From an uncultured Candidatus Saccharibacteria bacterium (GTDB taxonomy: Bacteria > Patescibacteriota > Doudnabacteria > UBA920): a stretch of DNA of 64,000 nucleotides. Positions 8,457 through 17,312 of this stretch are shown piece after piece; the first letter of the stretch is position 1; each line of letters begins with the position of its first letter. Location of the stretch: positions 78,392 to 142,391 of the forward strand of contig CAYTCJ010000001.1 of NCBI GenBank assembly GCA_964436545.1, read 5' to 3'. The notes under the pieces are model-generated. The model did not search any database and was not told where the DNA came from. It saw only the letters and a program-made list of their open reading frames with translations. The translations under genes were made by a program, and so were the position numbers.

Positions 8457-10271
8457 ATGCCCAGTGATTTGAAACAAAATTTACTCGCTAGCGTCCCGGT
8501 TTTACCGCAAGTCCCGCACCCACCCCTTGCGGAGATTTTACATGGAAAAGCGGTCGGGGTAAGTGAGATAACAACACAGAATCTTAGTTTACCTCCCACG
8601 ACTCCAGCTACAACCAGCGAGACGCCATATAAAGGCGTAGGAGGCTTGGGTGATTCACCGGTATTTCAAAAGTTGGTTTTGGTAATTTTAGACGGTTTTG
8701 GTGTAGCCAGTCCTGCCCATGGCAACGCTATTTATCATGCACATCGGCCGACTTTGGATTATTTGGTAGCGAATTTTCCCAGTTTAACTTTGCATGCTTC
8801 CGGGCCTTTGGTGGGATTGCCTTGGGGAGAAATGGGTAATAGCGAGGTGGGGCATTTAAATATTGGCGCCGGTCGAATTGTGGGGCAAGATTTACCCAGA
8901 ATTACCACCAGTATTCAAAACGGGGAATTTTTTAAAAATCCTGCTTTGTTAGATGCCATGGTGCATGTGAATAAATTTAATTCCAAATTGCATTTAATGG
9001 GTATGGTTTCCGCCGGCGGGGTGCATAGTTTAGACCAGCACTTATATGCCCTTTTGTCTTTGGCCGAAGACCAGGGTATTCAAAAGGTTTACATTCATAT
9101 GTTTACCGATGGCCGAGATACGGAAGAAAAAGTGGCTTTGGAAGATATCAAAAAATTAAGGCAAAAAATTGCCAAAATTGGCGTGGGGGAAATTGCCACT
9201 GTTACCGGAAGGTTTTACGCTATGGATAGGGGCGGTCACTGGAACCAGACCACTGCCACTTACGAAGCTTTGGTGTTTGGTAAAGGGGAAATGGCTCATT
9301 CGGCCGAAGACGCGGTTTGGAAAAATTATCAAAATGGCGTTTACGATGAAATGATTAAGCCCACCGTAATTTGTGAAATTGGTCCCGGTGGGGGCGAATA
9401 CCCGGTGGCTAAAATAGACGACAACGACGCAGTGATTTTTTTTAATTTTCGTCCCGACCGAGCCATGCAACTTACTCAAGCCTTTGTGGAGCCGGAAAAA
9501 TTGGCTCAGAATTTTAAACATCCGAGGTTAAAAAATTTGTATTTTGCGACCATGACCGAGTATTCGCAAAATTTAAACATTCCCATTGCCTTTCCCAGAG
9601 TGGATTTAAAAAATAATTTGGCGGAATATTTGGCTAACAACGGCGTGAGCCAATTTCATATTTCGGAAAGTGAAAAATTTGCTCACGTAACTTCTTTTTT
9701 TGATTGTGGAATTACCAACGCTCTACCTAACGAAGAAAGAAAAATTATTGCCAGTCCGGACAACGGGAGAAACTATGTGGATCATCCGGAAATGTCTGCG
9801 GAAGAGCTTACCGATACTTTAGTGAATAAAATTAACAATACCCCGTGCCGGTTTTTTGTTGCCAATTTTGCCAATGCTGATATGGTAGGCCATACGGGTT
9901 CCTTAAAAGCCGGTATAAAAGCGGTGGAATCTTTGGACAAGCAACTCAAACTAATTTTAGAAGCTTGCTTGGAAAATCAGGCTTGCTTGATAATTACGGC
10001 CGATCATGGCAATATTGAACAGTTAATTAATGTGAAAACCGGCAATATAGATAAAGACCATACCACTAATCCGGTGCCATTATTGGTTGCCAATTTGCCA
10101 ATGAAATTTGCAAGCCCTAAAGATAAAAATTTTATGAGTTTATCCGCAGAGGTTCCCGAAGGTGCCATTTGCGATATTGCACCCACGGTTTTGGCTTTAA
10201 TGGGCATGAAAAAACCGGCGGAGATGACAGGGGTGAGTTTAATACCAAGTATTAGAAATTTTAATTTTTAA
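8457..10271 (+). CDS. gpmI: 2,3-BPG-independent phosphoglycerate mutase with a ~65-aa Pro/Thr-rich N-terminal extension
   Basis: ILDGFG, MGNSEVGH, DGRD, GRFYAMDR, DMVGHTG, TADHGN. Confidence 0.96.
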   Translation: MPSDLKQNLLASVPVLPQVPHPPLAEILHGKAVGVSEITTQNLSLPPTTPATTSETPYKGVGGLGDSPVFQKLVLVILDGFGVASPAHGNAIYHAHRPTLDYLVANFPSLTLHASGPLVGLPWGEMGNSEVGHLNIGAGRIVGQDLPRITTSIQNGEFFKNPALLDAMVHVNKFNSKLHLMGMVSAGGVHSLDQHLYALLSLAEDQGIQKVYIHMFTDGRDTEEKVALEDIKKLRQKIAKIGVGEIATVTGRFYAMDRGGHWNQTTATYEALVFGKGEMAHSAEDAVWKNYQNGVYDEMIKPTVICEIGPGGGEYPVAKIDDNDAVIFFNFRPDRAMQLTQAFVEPEKLAQNFKHPRLKNLYFATMTEYSQNLNIPIAFPRVDLKNNLAEYLANNGVSQFHISESEKFAHVTSFFDCGITNALPNEERKIIASPDNGRNYVDHPEMSAEELTDTLVNKINNTPCRFFVANFANADMVGHTGSLKAGIKAVESLDKQLKLILEACLENQACLIITADHGNIEQLINVKTGNIDKDHTTNPVPLLVANLPMKFASPKDKNFMSLSAEVPEGAICDIAPTVLALMGMKKPAEMTGVSLIPSIRNFNF

Positions 10272-10284
10272 TTTTATAAATTAA

Positions 10285-11988
10285 ATGCAGAAAAAGTGGA
10301 AAGTCAAGCCGAAAGTTCCCAGTGAATTAGCATCAAGATATGAAAATTTTGATCCGTTTTTAGCGCAACTGTTATATAATCGGGGACTTACTGAGTCGGA
10401 TCAAATTACAGAATTCTTAAACACCGAATACGAAAGGCTACATAGCCCTTTTTTATTTAAGGATATGAAAAAAGCGGTTAAGCGAATTTGGCAAGCCATT
10501 GAGCAACAGGAAAAAATTTGTATTTACGGCGATTACGATGCCGATGCCATTACGGCCAGTGTGGTTTTACTCCAGACTTTTCGTTATTTGGGGGTGGAAG
10601 CAGGTTACTACATCCCAGACAGGTTTAGCGAAGGTTATGGGATTAATTTGCAAGCTTTGGAAAGTCTTAAAAATCAAGGGGTTAAATTGATTATTACGGT
10701 TGATTGCGGAACTAATGCCCGAGAGGCAGGCGAATGGTGTAAAGAGCATAATATTGATTTGATAATTTCCGACCACCACGAAATTATTGGCGAAATGCCT
10801 AAGGCTTTTGCGCTCATTAATCCTAAAAATCCACAAGAGATGTATCCGGACCGAGAAATTACCGGAGTGGGGGTGGCGTTTAAGGTGGCGTGTGGAATAT
10901 TAAAAAATCAAAAATCAAAAATCAAAAATCAAAATTTTATGGAAGGTTGGGAAAAGTGGCTTTTAGATTTAGTGGCCATTGGCACAGTTGCCGATTGTCA
11001 TAAGCTGTTAGGGGAGAATCGAATTTTGGTGAAGTTTGGTTTAAAGGTATTGGCTAAAACCAAATGGCTCGGGCTTCAAGCGCTTATAGCTTCTGCCGGC
11101 TTGGATTTTAACCGGCAGTTACCCGATACTTATACTTTAGGCTTTGTGCTTGCTCCTCGGCTGAATGCCACGGGTCGGTTAGAGCATGCCGGTTTGGCAG
11201 TAGATTTGTTAATGTGTAGCGATGCCATTAAAGCCCAGCAGTCGGCTATGGCCATTGAACAACTGAATCTCAAGCGCCAAGAAACCACGGCATTAATTTT
11301 GAGCGAGGCCCGAGAGCAGGCTTTGCAAATTCAAAATCGACCGGTGTTGGCCATTATGAATGCGCAGTGGCATAAGGGCGTCGTGGGGTTGGTGGCCGGA
11401 AAATTGGCAGAGGAATTTTACAAACCCACTTTTATTTTGGCACAAGAGGGAGCCGAGGCAACCGGCTCGGCTCGCACAGTGGGTAATTTTAATGTAGTGG
11501 ATGCTTTAACTTATTCCGCTAAACATTTAATTCGTTTTGGGGGGCACAAGCAAGCTGCGGGTTTAAGTTTGGATCCCAATAAGTTTGAAAATTTTTATAT
11601 CAGTCTGCTCGAGTTTGCCAACCAAAATCTAACCGAGGATGATTTATCACCCATATTGGAACTGGAAGCAGAGCTAAATGCTTCTGACCTACAACTTACA
11701 ACTTACAACTTACTCGCAAGCCTAGAGCCTTTTGGAGTGGGCAACTTTAAACCTAAGTTTCTAATTAAATCAGCGGAAATCATTTCGCAAAAACCCGTGG
11801 GTGCCAACCAGCAACATTTACAAATGCAAATTCAAATCGGCAGTAAGGTGATTCCGGCTATTGCGTTTAATTTTTCTCCGGTTAAAATTCCCGGTTTGGT
11901 AGATATAGCTTGTGAGTTGCTATTAGATGAGTGGCAAGGTAGAAAAAATTTAAAACTCAGAGTTATAGATATTATTGGAGTGAGTTAA
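10285..11988 (+). CDS. recJ: ssDNA exonuclease RecJ
   Basis: YGDYDAD, TVDCG, DHH, GTVAD, GGHKQAAG. Confidence 0.97.
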   Translation: MQKKWKVKPKVPSELASRYENFDPFLAQLLYNRGLTESDQITEFLNTEYERLHSPFLFKDMKKAVKRIWQAIEQQEKICIYGDYDADAITASVVLLQTFRYLGVEAGYYIPDRFSEGYGINLQALESLKNQGVKLIITVDCGTNAREAGEWCKEHNIDLIISDHHEIIGEMPKAFALINPKNPQEMYPDREITGVGVAFKVACGILKNQKSKIKNQNFMEGWEKWLLDLVAIGTVADCHKLLGENRILVKFGLKVLAKTKWLGLQALIASAGLDFNRQLPDTYTLGFVLAPRLNATGRLEHAGLAVDLLMCSDAIKAQQSAMAIEQLNLKRQETTALILSEAREQALQIQNRPVLAIMNAQWHKGVVGLVAGKLAEEFYKPTFILAQEGAEATGSARTVGNFNVVDALTYSAKHLIRFGGHKQAAGLSLDPNKFENFYISLLEFANQNLTEDDLSPILELEAELNASDLQLTTYNLLASLEPFGVGNFKPKFLIKSAEIISQKPVGANQQHLQMQIQIGSKVIPAIAFNFSPVKIPGLVDIACELLLDEWQGRKNLKLRVIDIIGVS

Positions 11989-12110
11989 CATTTTATCATT
12001 TTATCATTCTAACATTCTAACATTTTAACATTTTAACATTCTAACATTTTAACATTCTAACATTTTAACATTCTAACATCTTATCATCTTAACATCTTAA
12101 CATTCTAACA
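11985..12110. repeat. Octamer tandem array (TAACATTY/TATCATTY), about 15 units, with a short inverted arm at 12123-12156
   Basis: Directly visible 8-bp periodicity. Confidence 0.9.
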
Positions 12111-12163
12111 TGGGTTGTTTTTTGATAGATGATAAAATATTATTATGTTAGAATGAACTTATT

Positions 12164-12655
12164 ATGAAACTCATTATTTATACCGATGGGGGAGCGCGGG
12201 GTAACCCGGGTCCGGCGGGGATTGGGGTAGTAATCACCAACGAAGCCGGAGAAATTCTTGGTAAACATCAACAATACATTGGTAAAGCTACCAACAATGT
12301 GGCGGAGTATAAGGCGCTCATCCTTGCGCTTCAGAAAGTGCAGGAAATTCTAGATATCAAATATCAAATATCAAATCAGATTCATCTCCCCCCTCCCTTA
12401 CCCTCCCCACAACAAGGGGGAGGGAATTTGAATCTGGAAATTAGAATGGATAGTGAGTTGATTGTTCGGCAGATGCAGGGGAGGTATAAAATCAAAGACC
12501 CCACACTTCAGGTTTTGGCGGGTCAGGTATTAACTTTAATTAAAAATTTTCATCTCGTGAATTTTACGCACATCCCCAGAGCGCAAAATCAGGAGGCTGA
12601 TACTTTAGTTAACTCAGCGATCGATGCTTATTTAGCGCAGGCTAATGAAGTTTAA
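12164..12655 (+). CDS. rnhA: Ribonuclease HI with a repeat-derived insertion
   Basis: YTDGGARGNPG, TNNVAEY, DSEL, NQEAD. Confidence 0.93.
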   Translation: MKLIIYTDGGARGNPGPAGIGVVITNEAGEILGKHQQYIGKATNNVAEYKALILALQKVQEILDIKYQISNQIHLPPPLPSPQQGGGNLNLEIRMDSELIVRQMQGRYKIKDPTLQVLAGQVLTLIKNFHLVNFTHIPRAQNQEADTLVNSAIDAYLAQANEV

Positions 12656-13954
12656 GTCGCGGTCATCTAAAATCCATAAAGTCTTTTTATCTTCCGACAA
12701 GAAGCAGGTTTTAATATTTTTGCCCGAATAGAGCAAGAATTGGTTGGGTGTTGGCTCAGAGCTTAATTCTGAGGCGTAAATTTGGTTTTGGTGAGTAAAG
12801 ATGACATAGTCTAAATCTTCTTCAATCATCGGGTGGAGCAGTGAATAGTTAGGGAGGGAGGCGGAGGAGAGTTGGTTTTTTTGGTTAAGGTAAAAGAAGG
12901 ATTGATTAGTTTGCCAAATAAGTCCGTTAGTGGGGCTACTTAGGGCTTGAGTAAAGGTGCGGGAAATTTCCACTAAGTTTCCGGTTTCTAGACCGAATTG
13001 GTATAAATTTTGGGCGGAATGGAAATAGACGAATTTTTTATTAACCGAGTTTAGTGTAATGGATTTTAACGGGGAGGGTAGTGTGTAGAGAGTTTGGAGG
13101 TTTTGAGTTTTTACATCTAAACTTTTTAATTCGGCGGATTGGGCGGTTTCGTTTATAAAATAAAGTTTATCTTCTTGATATTGAAAATCAGTCAGGGTTT
13201 CGGTAGTGCTGAGTAGTAAAGGTTTTTTGCTCTTTAGGCTTAAAAGATAGGGTTTATTTTTATCCAGAAAGATAATTTCGCCTTGGTTATTGAGAGTTAA
13301 ATGCGTAGCGGAATTAGGCAGGGTATCGGTAAGGTCTAAAAGTGTTTGGGTATTGAGTTCTACCAGTAAAACCGGTGGTTTTTTTTGAGTTGGCTGGCCG
13401 GTTAACAATAAAAAATTGCCATTGGGGGAAGCTGTAAGTTTATTGGTGACTTTTGGTAAGGTAAGTTTTGCCGGAGTGCTGGAAGAATTATTTTTCTTGA
13501 GCCAATACAAGGTTGTATTATCTACAGCGAACAGCTGGTTGTCTTTTACCCAGAGGTCGTTTAGGTTGGTAAGCAAAGTAGAGGTGGCGCTAGGGGCTCT
13601 GAATAAAATAATTTTTTTGTCTTCGGGTTTGGCCCAAAAAACTTTACTCGGTTCCAGTTTAATGGTGGTTTGCCAAGTTTGGTAATGAGGTTTTTGGGCG
13701 GTTAATAAGTATTGGCCTTGTTGTAAATCGCGAATGTATTTATATTCCGCGTTGCCCAAATTTTGTTCCAAGTTATTTAGGTAAATGGTTGCATCCGCCG
13801 GCTCAATTTTAAAAGCAATAATGCCGGTAGAAATAATTTTTTTGGTATGCCAGTTTAATTTTTTTCCACTCACAAAGAGAATAATTAGCGGTACGGTAAT
13901 GCCAAAAATTATAAAGCCAGCGACAATTAAACTGTATCTAAATTTTTTATTCAT
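12632..13954 (-). CDS. Membrane-anchored PEGA-like domain protein with a probable beta-propeller
   Basis: N-terminal TM helix; TGII..EPADATIYLN..GQY..KPHYQTW pattern. Confidence 0.7.
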   Translation of the reverse strand: MNKKFRYSLIVAGFIIFGITVPLIILFVSGKKLNWHTKKIISTGIIAFKIEPADATIYLNNLEQNLGNAEYKYIRDLQQGQYLLTAQKPHYQTWQTTIKLEPSKVFWAKPEDKKIILFRAPSATSTLLTNLNDLWVKDNQLFAVDNTTLYWLKKNNSSSTPAKLTLPKVTNKLTASPNGNFLLLTGQPTQKKPPVLLVELNTQTLLDLTDTLPNSATHLTLNNQGEIIFLDKNKPYLLSLKSKKPLLLSTTETLTDFQYQEDKLYFINETAQSAELKSLDVKTQNLQTLYTLPSPLKSITLNSVNKKFVYFHSAQNLYQFGLETGNLVEISRTFTQALSSPTNGLIWQTNQSFFYLNQKNQLSSASLPNYSLLHPMIEEDLDYVIFTHQNQIYASELSSEPTPNQFLLYSGKNIKTCFLSEDKKTLWILDDRDLNFISLR

Positions 13955-14140
13955 AAGGTTTACGCACTACCATTTTTTTAAACTGGCAAAGCCAGATTTT
14001 CAAAAGTAGTTTTGGTCAATTTCTTCGTTATTTTCTTAAAATTTTACTCATCGTAGGCAGGGCTACGCTTTTGCAAAATCCCTGCCTGCCGGCAGGCAGG
14101 TTAAGCAAATGTCTTGAAATTGCCTCAATGCGTAAGCCCT
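13955..14140 (+). repeat. Structured three-way-junction repeat, copy A (contains nested CCTGCCTGCCGGCAGGCAGG at 14081-14100)
   Basis: Shares CTGGCAAAGCCAG hairpin and CAATTTCTTCGTTATTTT..CGTAG..CTACGCT stem with 16308-16476. Confidence 0.8.
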
Positions 14141-14272
14141 ATTTAAGTAATAGTGTAGCTTAAAACGTGAGTTGTTTCAATATTGGTAATTTGTTATAAT
14201 TGGCTTTGAATTAAGTATGAAGTAGCGGTAATTATTAAATTTTGCTTAATTCTGACTTCTTAATTTTATACT

Positions 14273-15280
14273 ATGTTTGAGAATAAAATCGGAATAGATT
14301 TAGGCACTGCCAATACTCTGGTATTTTTACCCAAAAAGGGCATTATTATTAATGAGCCCACAGTGGTGGCAATTTCCATTGAGGATAATAAAGTGTTGGC
14401 TGTGGGACAAGAAGCTAAAGAAATGCTCGGGCGGACTCCGGAAACCATTGTGGCCAGTCGGCCAATGAAAGATGGGGTAATTGCCGACTATCGGGTAACC
14501 GAAGCCATGCTCAGATACTTTATTAATAAAGCTTTGGGTCGCGTGCGTTTTTTTCGGCCCGAAGTTATGATTAGCGTGCCCGGGGGAATTACTTCTACAG
14601 AAAGGCGAGCAGTAATTGATGCCGGAGTGAGCGCGGGCGCCAGAAGCGCTTACGTGATTAAAGAAACCGTGGCTGCGGCAATTGGTGCCGGCATTCCCAT
14701 TGGGGAAGCGCGGGGTAATTTAATTATTGATATTGGCGGAGGCACCACCGATGTGGCGGTGTTGTCTTTGGGCGGGATTGTAAATTCCACTTCGGCACGC
14801 GTGGCCGGTAACCAAATTGATGCTTCCATTGTGGAATACATTAGAAAGAAACACGGTTTGGCCATTGGGGATAGAACCGCGGAAGAAATTAAAATTACCA
14901 TTGGCAGTGCTTTGCCGGTGTCTGAAGAAGAAGTAATGGAAGTAAAAGGGCGGGATAATTTAACCGGTTTGCCAAAGACCGTAAGTGTTTCCACCAACGA
15001 AATCACTCAAGCGATTCAGGAAGATTTAAAAAATATTGCCCGCGCTGTTAAAGTGGTTTTGCAAGAGACTCCGCCGGAATTAGCCAGCGATGTAATTGAT
15101 CGGGGCATGATTATGACCGGAGGCACTTCTTTATTAAGGAATTTAGACCAATATATTAGCCAAAGTGTGGGAGTGCCCTGTTTCTTGGCCGACGAGCCTT
15201 TATTGTGTGTAGCCAAGGGCACCGGGCTGGCGTTAGATAATTTGGATAGTTATAAAAAGAGTATTTTAAGCTCCAAATAA
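14273..15280 (+). CDS. mreB: Rod shape-determining protein MreB
   Basis: GIDLGTAN, DGVIADY, DIGGGTT, MTGG. Confidence 0.97.
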   Translation: MFENKIGIDLGTANTLVFLPKKGIIINEPTVVAISIEDNKVLAVGQEAKEMLGRTPETIVASRPMKDGVIADYRVTEAMLRYFINKALGRVRFFRPEVMISVPGGITSTERRAVIDAGVSAGARSAYVIKETVAAAIGAGIPIGEARGNLIIDIGGGTTDVAVLSLGGIVNSTSARVAGNQIDASIVEYIRKKHGLAIGDRTAEEIKITIGSALPVSEEEVMEVKGRDNLTGLPKTVSVSTNEITQAIQEDLKNIARAVKVVLQETPPELASDVIDRGMIMTGGTSLLRNLDQYISQSVGVPCFLADEPLLCVAKGTGLALDNLDSYKKSILSSK

Positions 15281-15420
15281 AGCTTTCTGCTAGCAAAGGC
15301 TGTTTGAGCGCCGGAGTTTTCCTATAAACCGGAATTAGGCAAAACTAAAAAAGTTTGGTATACTAATGCCATACGCGGTTAAACAAAATTTTTGAAACAA
15401 AAGTCAATACCATTTATAAT

Positions 15421-15915
15421 ATGATCGAGTCATCTCAGGGAAATAGCGGATTTAAAAAATCATTGTATGTTTTTTTATGTTCGCTTTTAGGCATGCTATT
15501 GTTTTTAATTTTGCATCGCTTGTTGGTGATTGGTTATTTTTCTGTAACGAGTAATAATTTAATGCAGACTTTGACCGCTGATCCGATCTTGGAATTGGCG
15601 CTGGAGTATTTGTCTTTATTTTTTGCTGTGTTAGCCGGCAGTTGGTATGGAATATGGCTGGGCCTTGGGTGGTATACTTGGGTTTATGAAAGTGAAAATT
15701 GTCGTCAAGGTTTGGTTGAGCATATTGTTAAAACATATTGGCCCAGTAAAACGGTGAAACATGATTTACACGAAAAAGTAAAAAATTTATCTGAACATTT
15801 GGCAGTGAGTGTGGCGAGTAAAAAAACTGTGGGTGTAAAACCCAAAATTAGTAAACCCAAAGCAATTAAGAAAAAAATCATTCGAAGAACATCTAAGACA
15901 AATGGCAAAGTATAA
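15421..15915 (+). CDS. Membrane protein with basic C-terminal tail
   Basis: Two hydrophobic helices; overlaps the next ORF. Confidence 0.7.
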   Translation: MIESSQGNSGFKKSLYVFLCSLLGMLLFLILHRLLVIGYFSVTSNNLMQTLTADPILELALEYLSLFFAVLAGSWYGIWLGLGWYTWVYESENCRQGLVEHIVKTYWPSKTVKHDLHEKVKNLSEHLAVSVASKKTVGVKPKISKPKAIKKKIIRRTSKTNGKV

Positions 15916-16309
15916 GCTACAATCCGAGGCGTTAATTAGTTTTGGGTCAATCCTCAAATGGGGTTTGGTAATGTGGTTAATTTTGTTTGTATTCAAGTGG
16001 TGGTTTTTGGCTTGGCTGGGGGCTGTGGCTTGGGTAGTGTGGGTGTATTACGTTTTAATTATTTTAGCCAGTCGAAAATTAAGCAGAAAGTTTGGAGTAA
16101 TTAATATTCTGGAAGCCGGATTTATTGGGATTATTTGGGGAATTATGATTTTATTTTTAGATTCTTTGGTGGCCAAAAAATTTTTAGATGCCTCTGTATT
16201 TGTGAATAAGGCATATTGGCTGAGTTATTTTGTAATGTTTGTGTCAGTATTTTTTTTACACCAAAAACGGCATATTGCTATTCGGCAGGAACAAGCGCAT
16301 CACCATTAG
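15902..16309 (+). CDS. Four-TM membrane protein
   Basis: Four hydrophobic segments. Confidence 0.7.
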   Translation: MAKYKLQSEALISFGSILKWGLVMWLILFVFKWWFLAWLGAVAWVVWVYYVLIILASRKLSRKFGVINILEAGFIGIIWGIMILFLDSLVAKKFLDASVFVNKAYWLSYFVMFVSVFFLHQKRHIAIRQEQAHHH

Positions 16310-16476
16310 CAAACTCCCGCACCACCACTTTTTTAAACTGGCAAAGCCAGCTTTATAAAAAGTGGTTTTGGTCAATTTCTTCGTTATTTTTTGAGAATTT
16401 TATTCACCGTAGATAAACTACGCTTCATAAAATTCTCAAAAAATGCCTCGAAATTGACTCAATGCGGTAGTTTGCT
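16308..16476 (+). repeat. Structured three-way-junction repeat, copy B
   Basis: Closing stem AGCAAACTCCCGCA/TGCGGTAGTTTGCT plus the shared internal stems. Confidence 0.8.
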
Positions 16477-16544
16477 TATTAAATTCCATTGACAGTTTAG
16501 CTTAAAATGTTAATATACTTATTAAGTAAATAGTATAAAACTAT

Positions 16545-16714
16545 AGCGAAGTCGCGATTCGCTTTTGTTGCTGGTAAAATGTCAGACGGTTAGGCTCGCC
16601 GTAAAAAGAGCAATAAGTGCAGACCGAATTTTCGGATTAAGGCAAAAGCAAGGTGGTACCGCGGGAAAACCCGCCCTTGTGAATAACTTATGGTTATTCT
16701 TAAAGGCGGGTTTT
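16545..16714 (+). promoter_or_regulatory. T-box riboswitch 1 (ultrashort Stem I, probable Arg CGC specifier, transcriptional terminator)
   Basis: AAGGTGGTACCGCG at 16650-16663, antiterminator partner CCCGCCCTTG, terminator 16666-16714, Stem IIA/B pseudoknot; promoter TTGACA 16489 / TAATAT 16511. Confidence 0.85.
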
Positions 16715-16747
16715 GTAATTGCCCGAAAATTTTGAAGGGAGGAGCTC

Positions 16748-17065
16748 ATGAAAGTAATAACTATGCGGGCTCGTCCCGCGCTCTGTTTAACTTTTTTTCT
16801 TTTCTCCTTTCGGGTGTTTCGGCCCGTAGGGGAAAGCGAATTGAGGGTTCTTTGGTCCAGGTGGACCAGGGAAACAGTGGGAAAAACACTTCCCATACCC
16901 TCCACGAAACTCTCCGTTATACCCCTTAAAAAAGGTGTGGTGGAGGTAACCTTCTCCGGCTCAAGCAAGATGAGCCCGGAGGAAGCTAAAAAAGCCGGCG
17001 AATCGCTGGCAGAATTCTTGCAGTATCATCTGTTTAGTTATTCGCTCTGGCAACAGGGCAAATAA
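16748..17065 (+). CDS. Orphan 105-aa protein downstream of T-box 1
   Basis: Strong SD (GGGAGGAG), own terminator, raised GC; no recognised domain. Confidence 0.6.
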   Translation: MKVITMRARPALCLTFFLFSFRVFRPVGESELRVLWSRWTRETVGKTLPIPSTKLSVIPLKKGVVEVTFSGSSKMSPEEAKKAGESLAEFLQYHLFSYSLWQQGK

Positions 17066-17083
17066 AAAACTGATGATTTCCAT

Positions 17084-17130
17084 GCGCGCTTTAAGTGTTT
17101 CGGAGGACATTTAAGGCGCGCTAAATTTTT
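17084..17130 (+). terminator. Intrinsic terminator
   Basis: GCGCGCTTTAAGTGTTTC/GGACATTTAAGGCGCGC stem followed by T-rich tract. Confidence 0.7.
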
Positions 17131-17136
17131 ATTTGA

Positions 17137-17213
17137 CCCCCGTTAGAAGTTTTATAAACGAGTTATGAGCAATTAATAGAAATCCAAAGCATTGTCTTTA
17201 ACTTCTAACGGGG
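17137..17213. mobile_element. MITE-like element (CCCCCGTTAGAAGTT...AACTTCTAACGGGG), TTGA duplication
   Basis: TIRs; TTGA at 17133-17136 and 17214-17217. Confidence 0.8.
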
Positions 17214-17242
17214 TTGACAAAAGGTAAACGAAAGTTTACTTT
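17214..17242 (+). promoter_or_regulatory. dinB promoter with palindromic operator GTAAAC-N4-GTTTAC (candidate SOS box)
   Basis: TTGACA-17bp-TACTTT; palindrome 17224-17239 overlaps the -10. Confidence 0.65.
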
Positions 17243-17312
17243 TAAGATATAAACTAATAACTTGCCACAAAACAGTTTTGAGTTATTACTTATTAATTAG
17301 TTGTTATCAGTT

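Noticed and set aside
11985-12110. Possible CRISPR array
   Set aside because: 8-bp tandem units with no unique spacers; no cas genes in the window.
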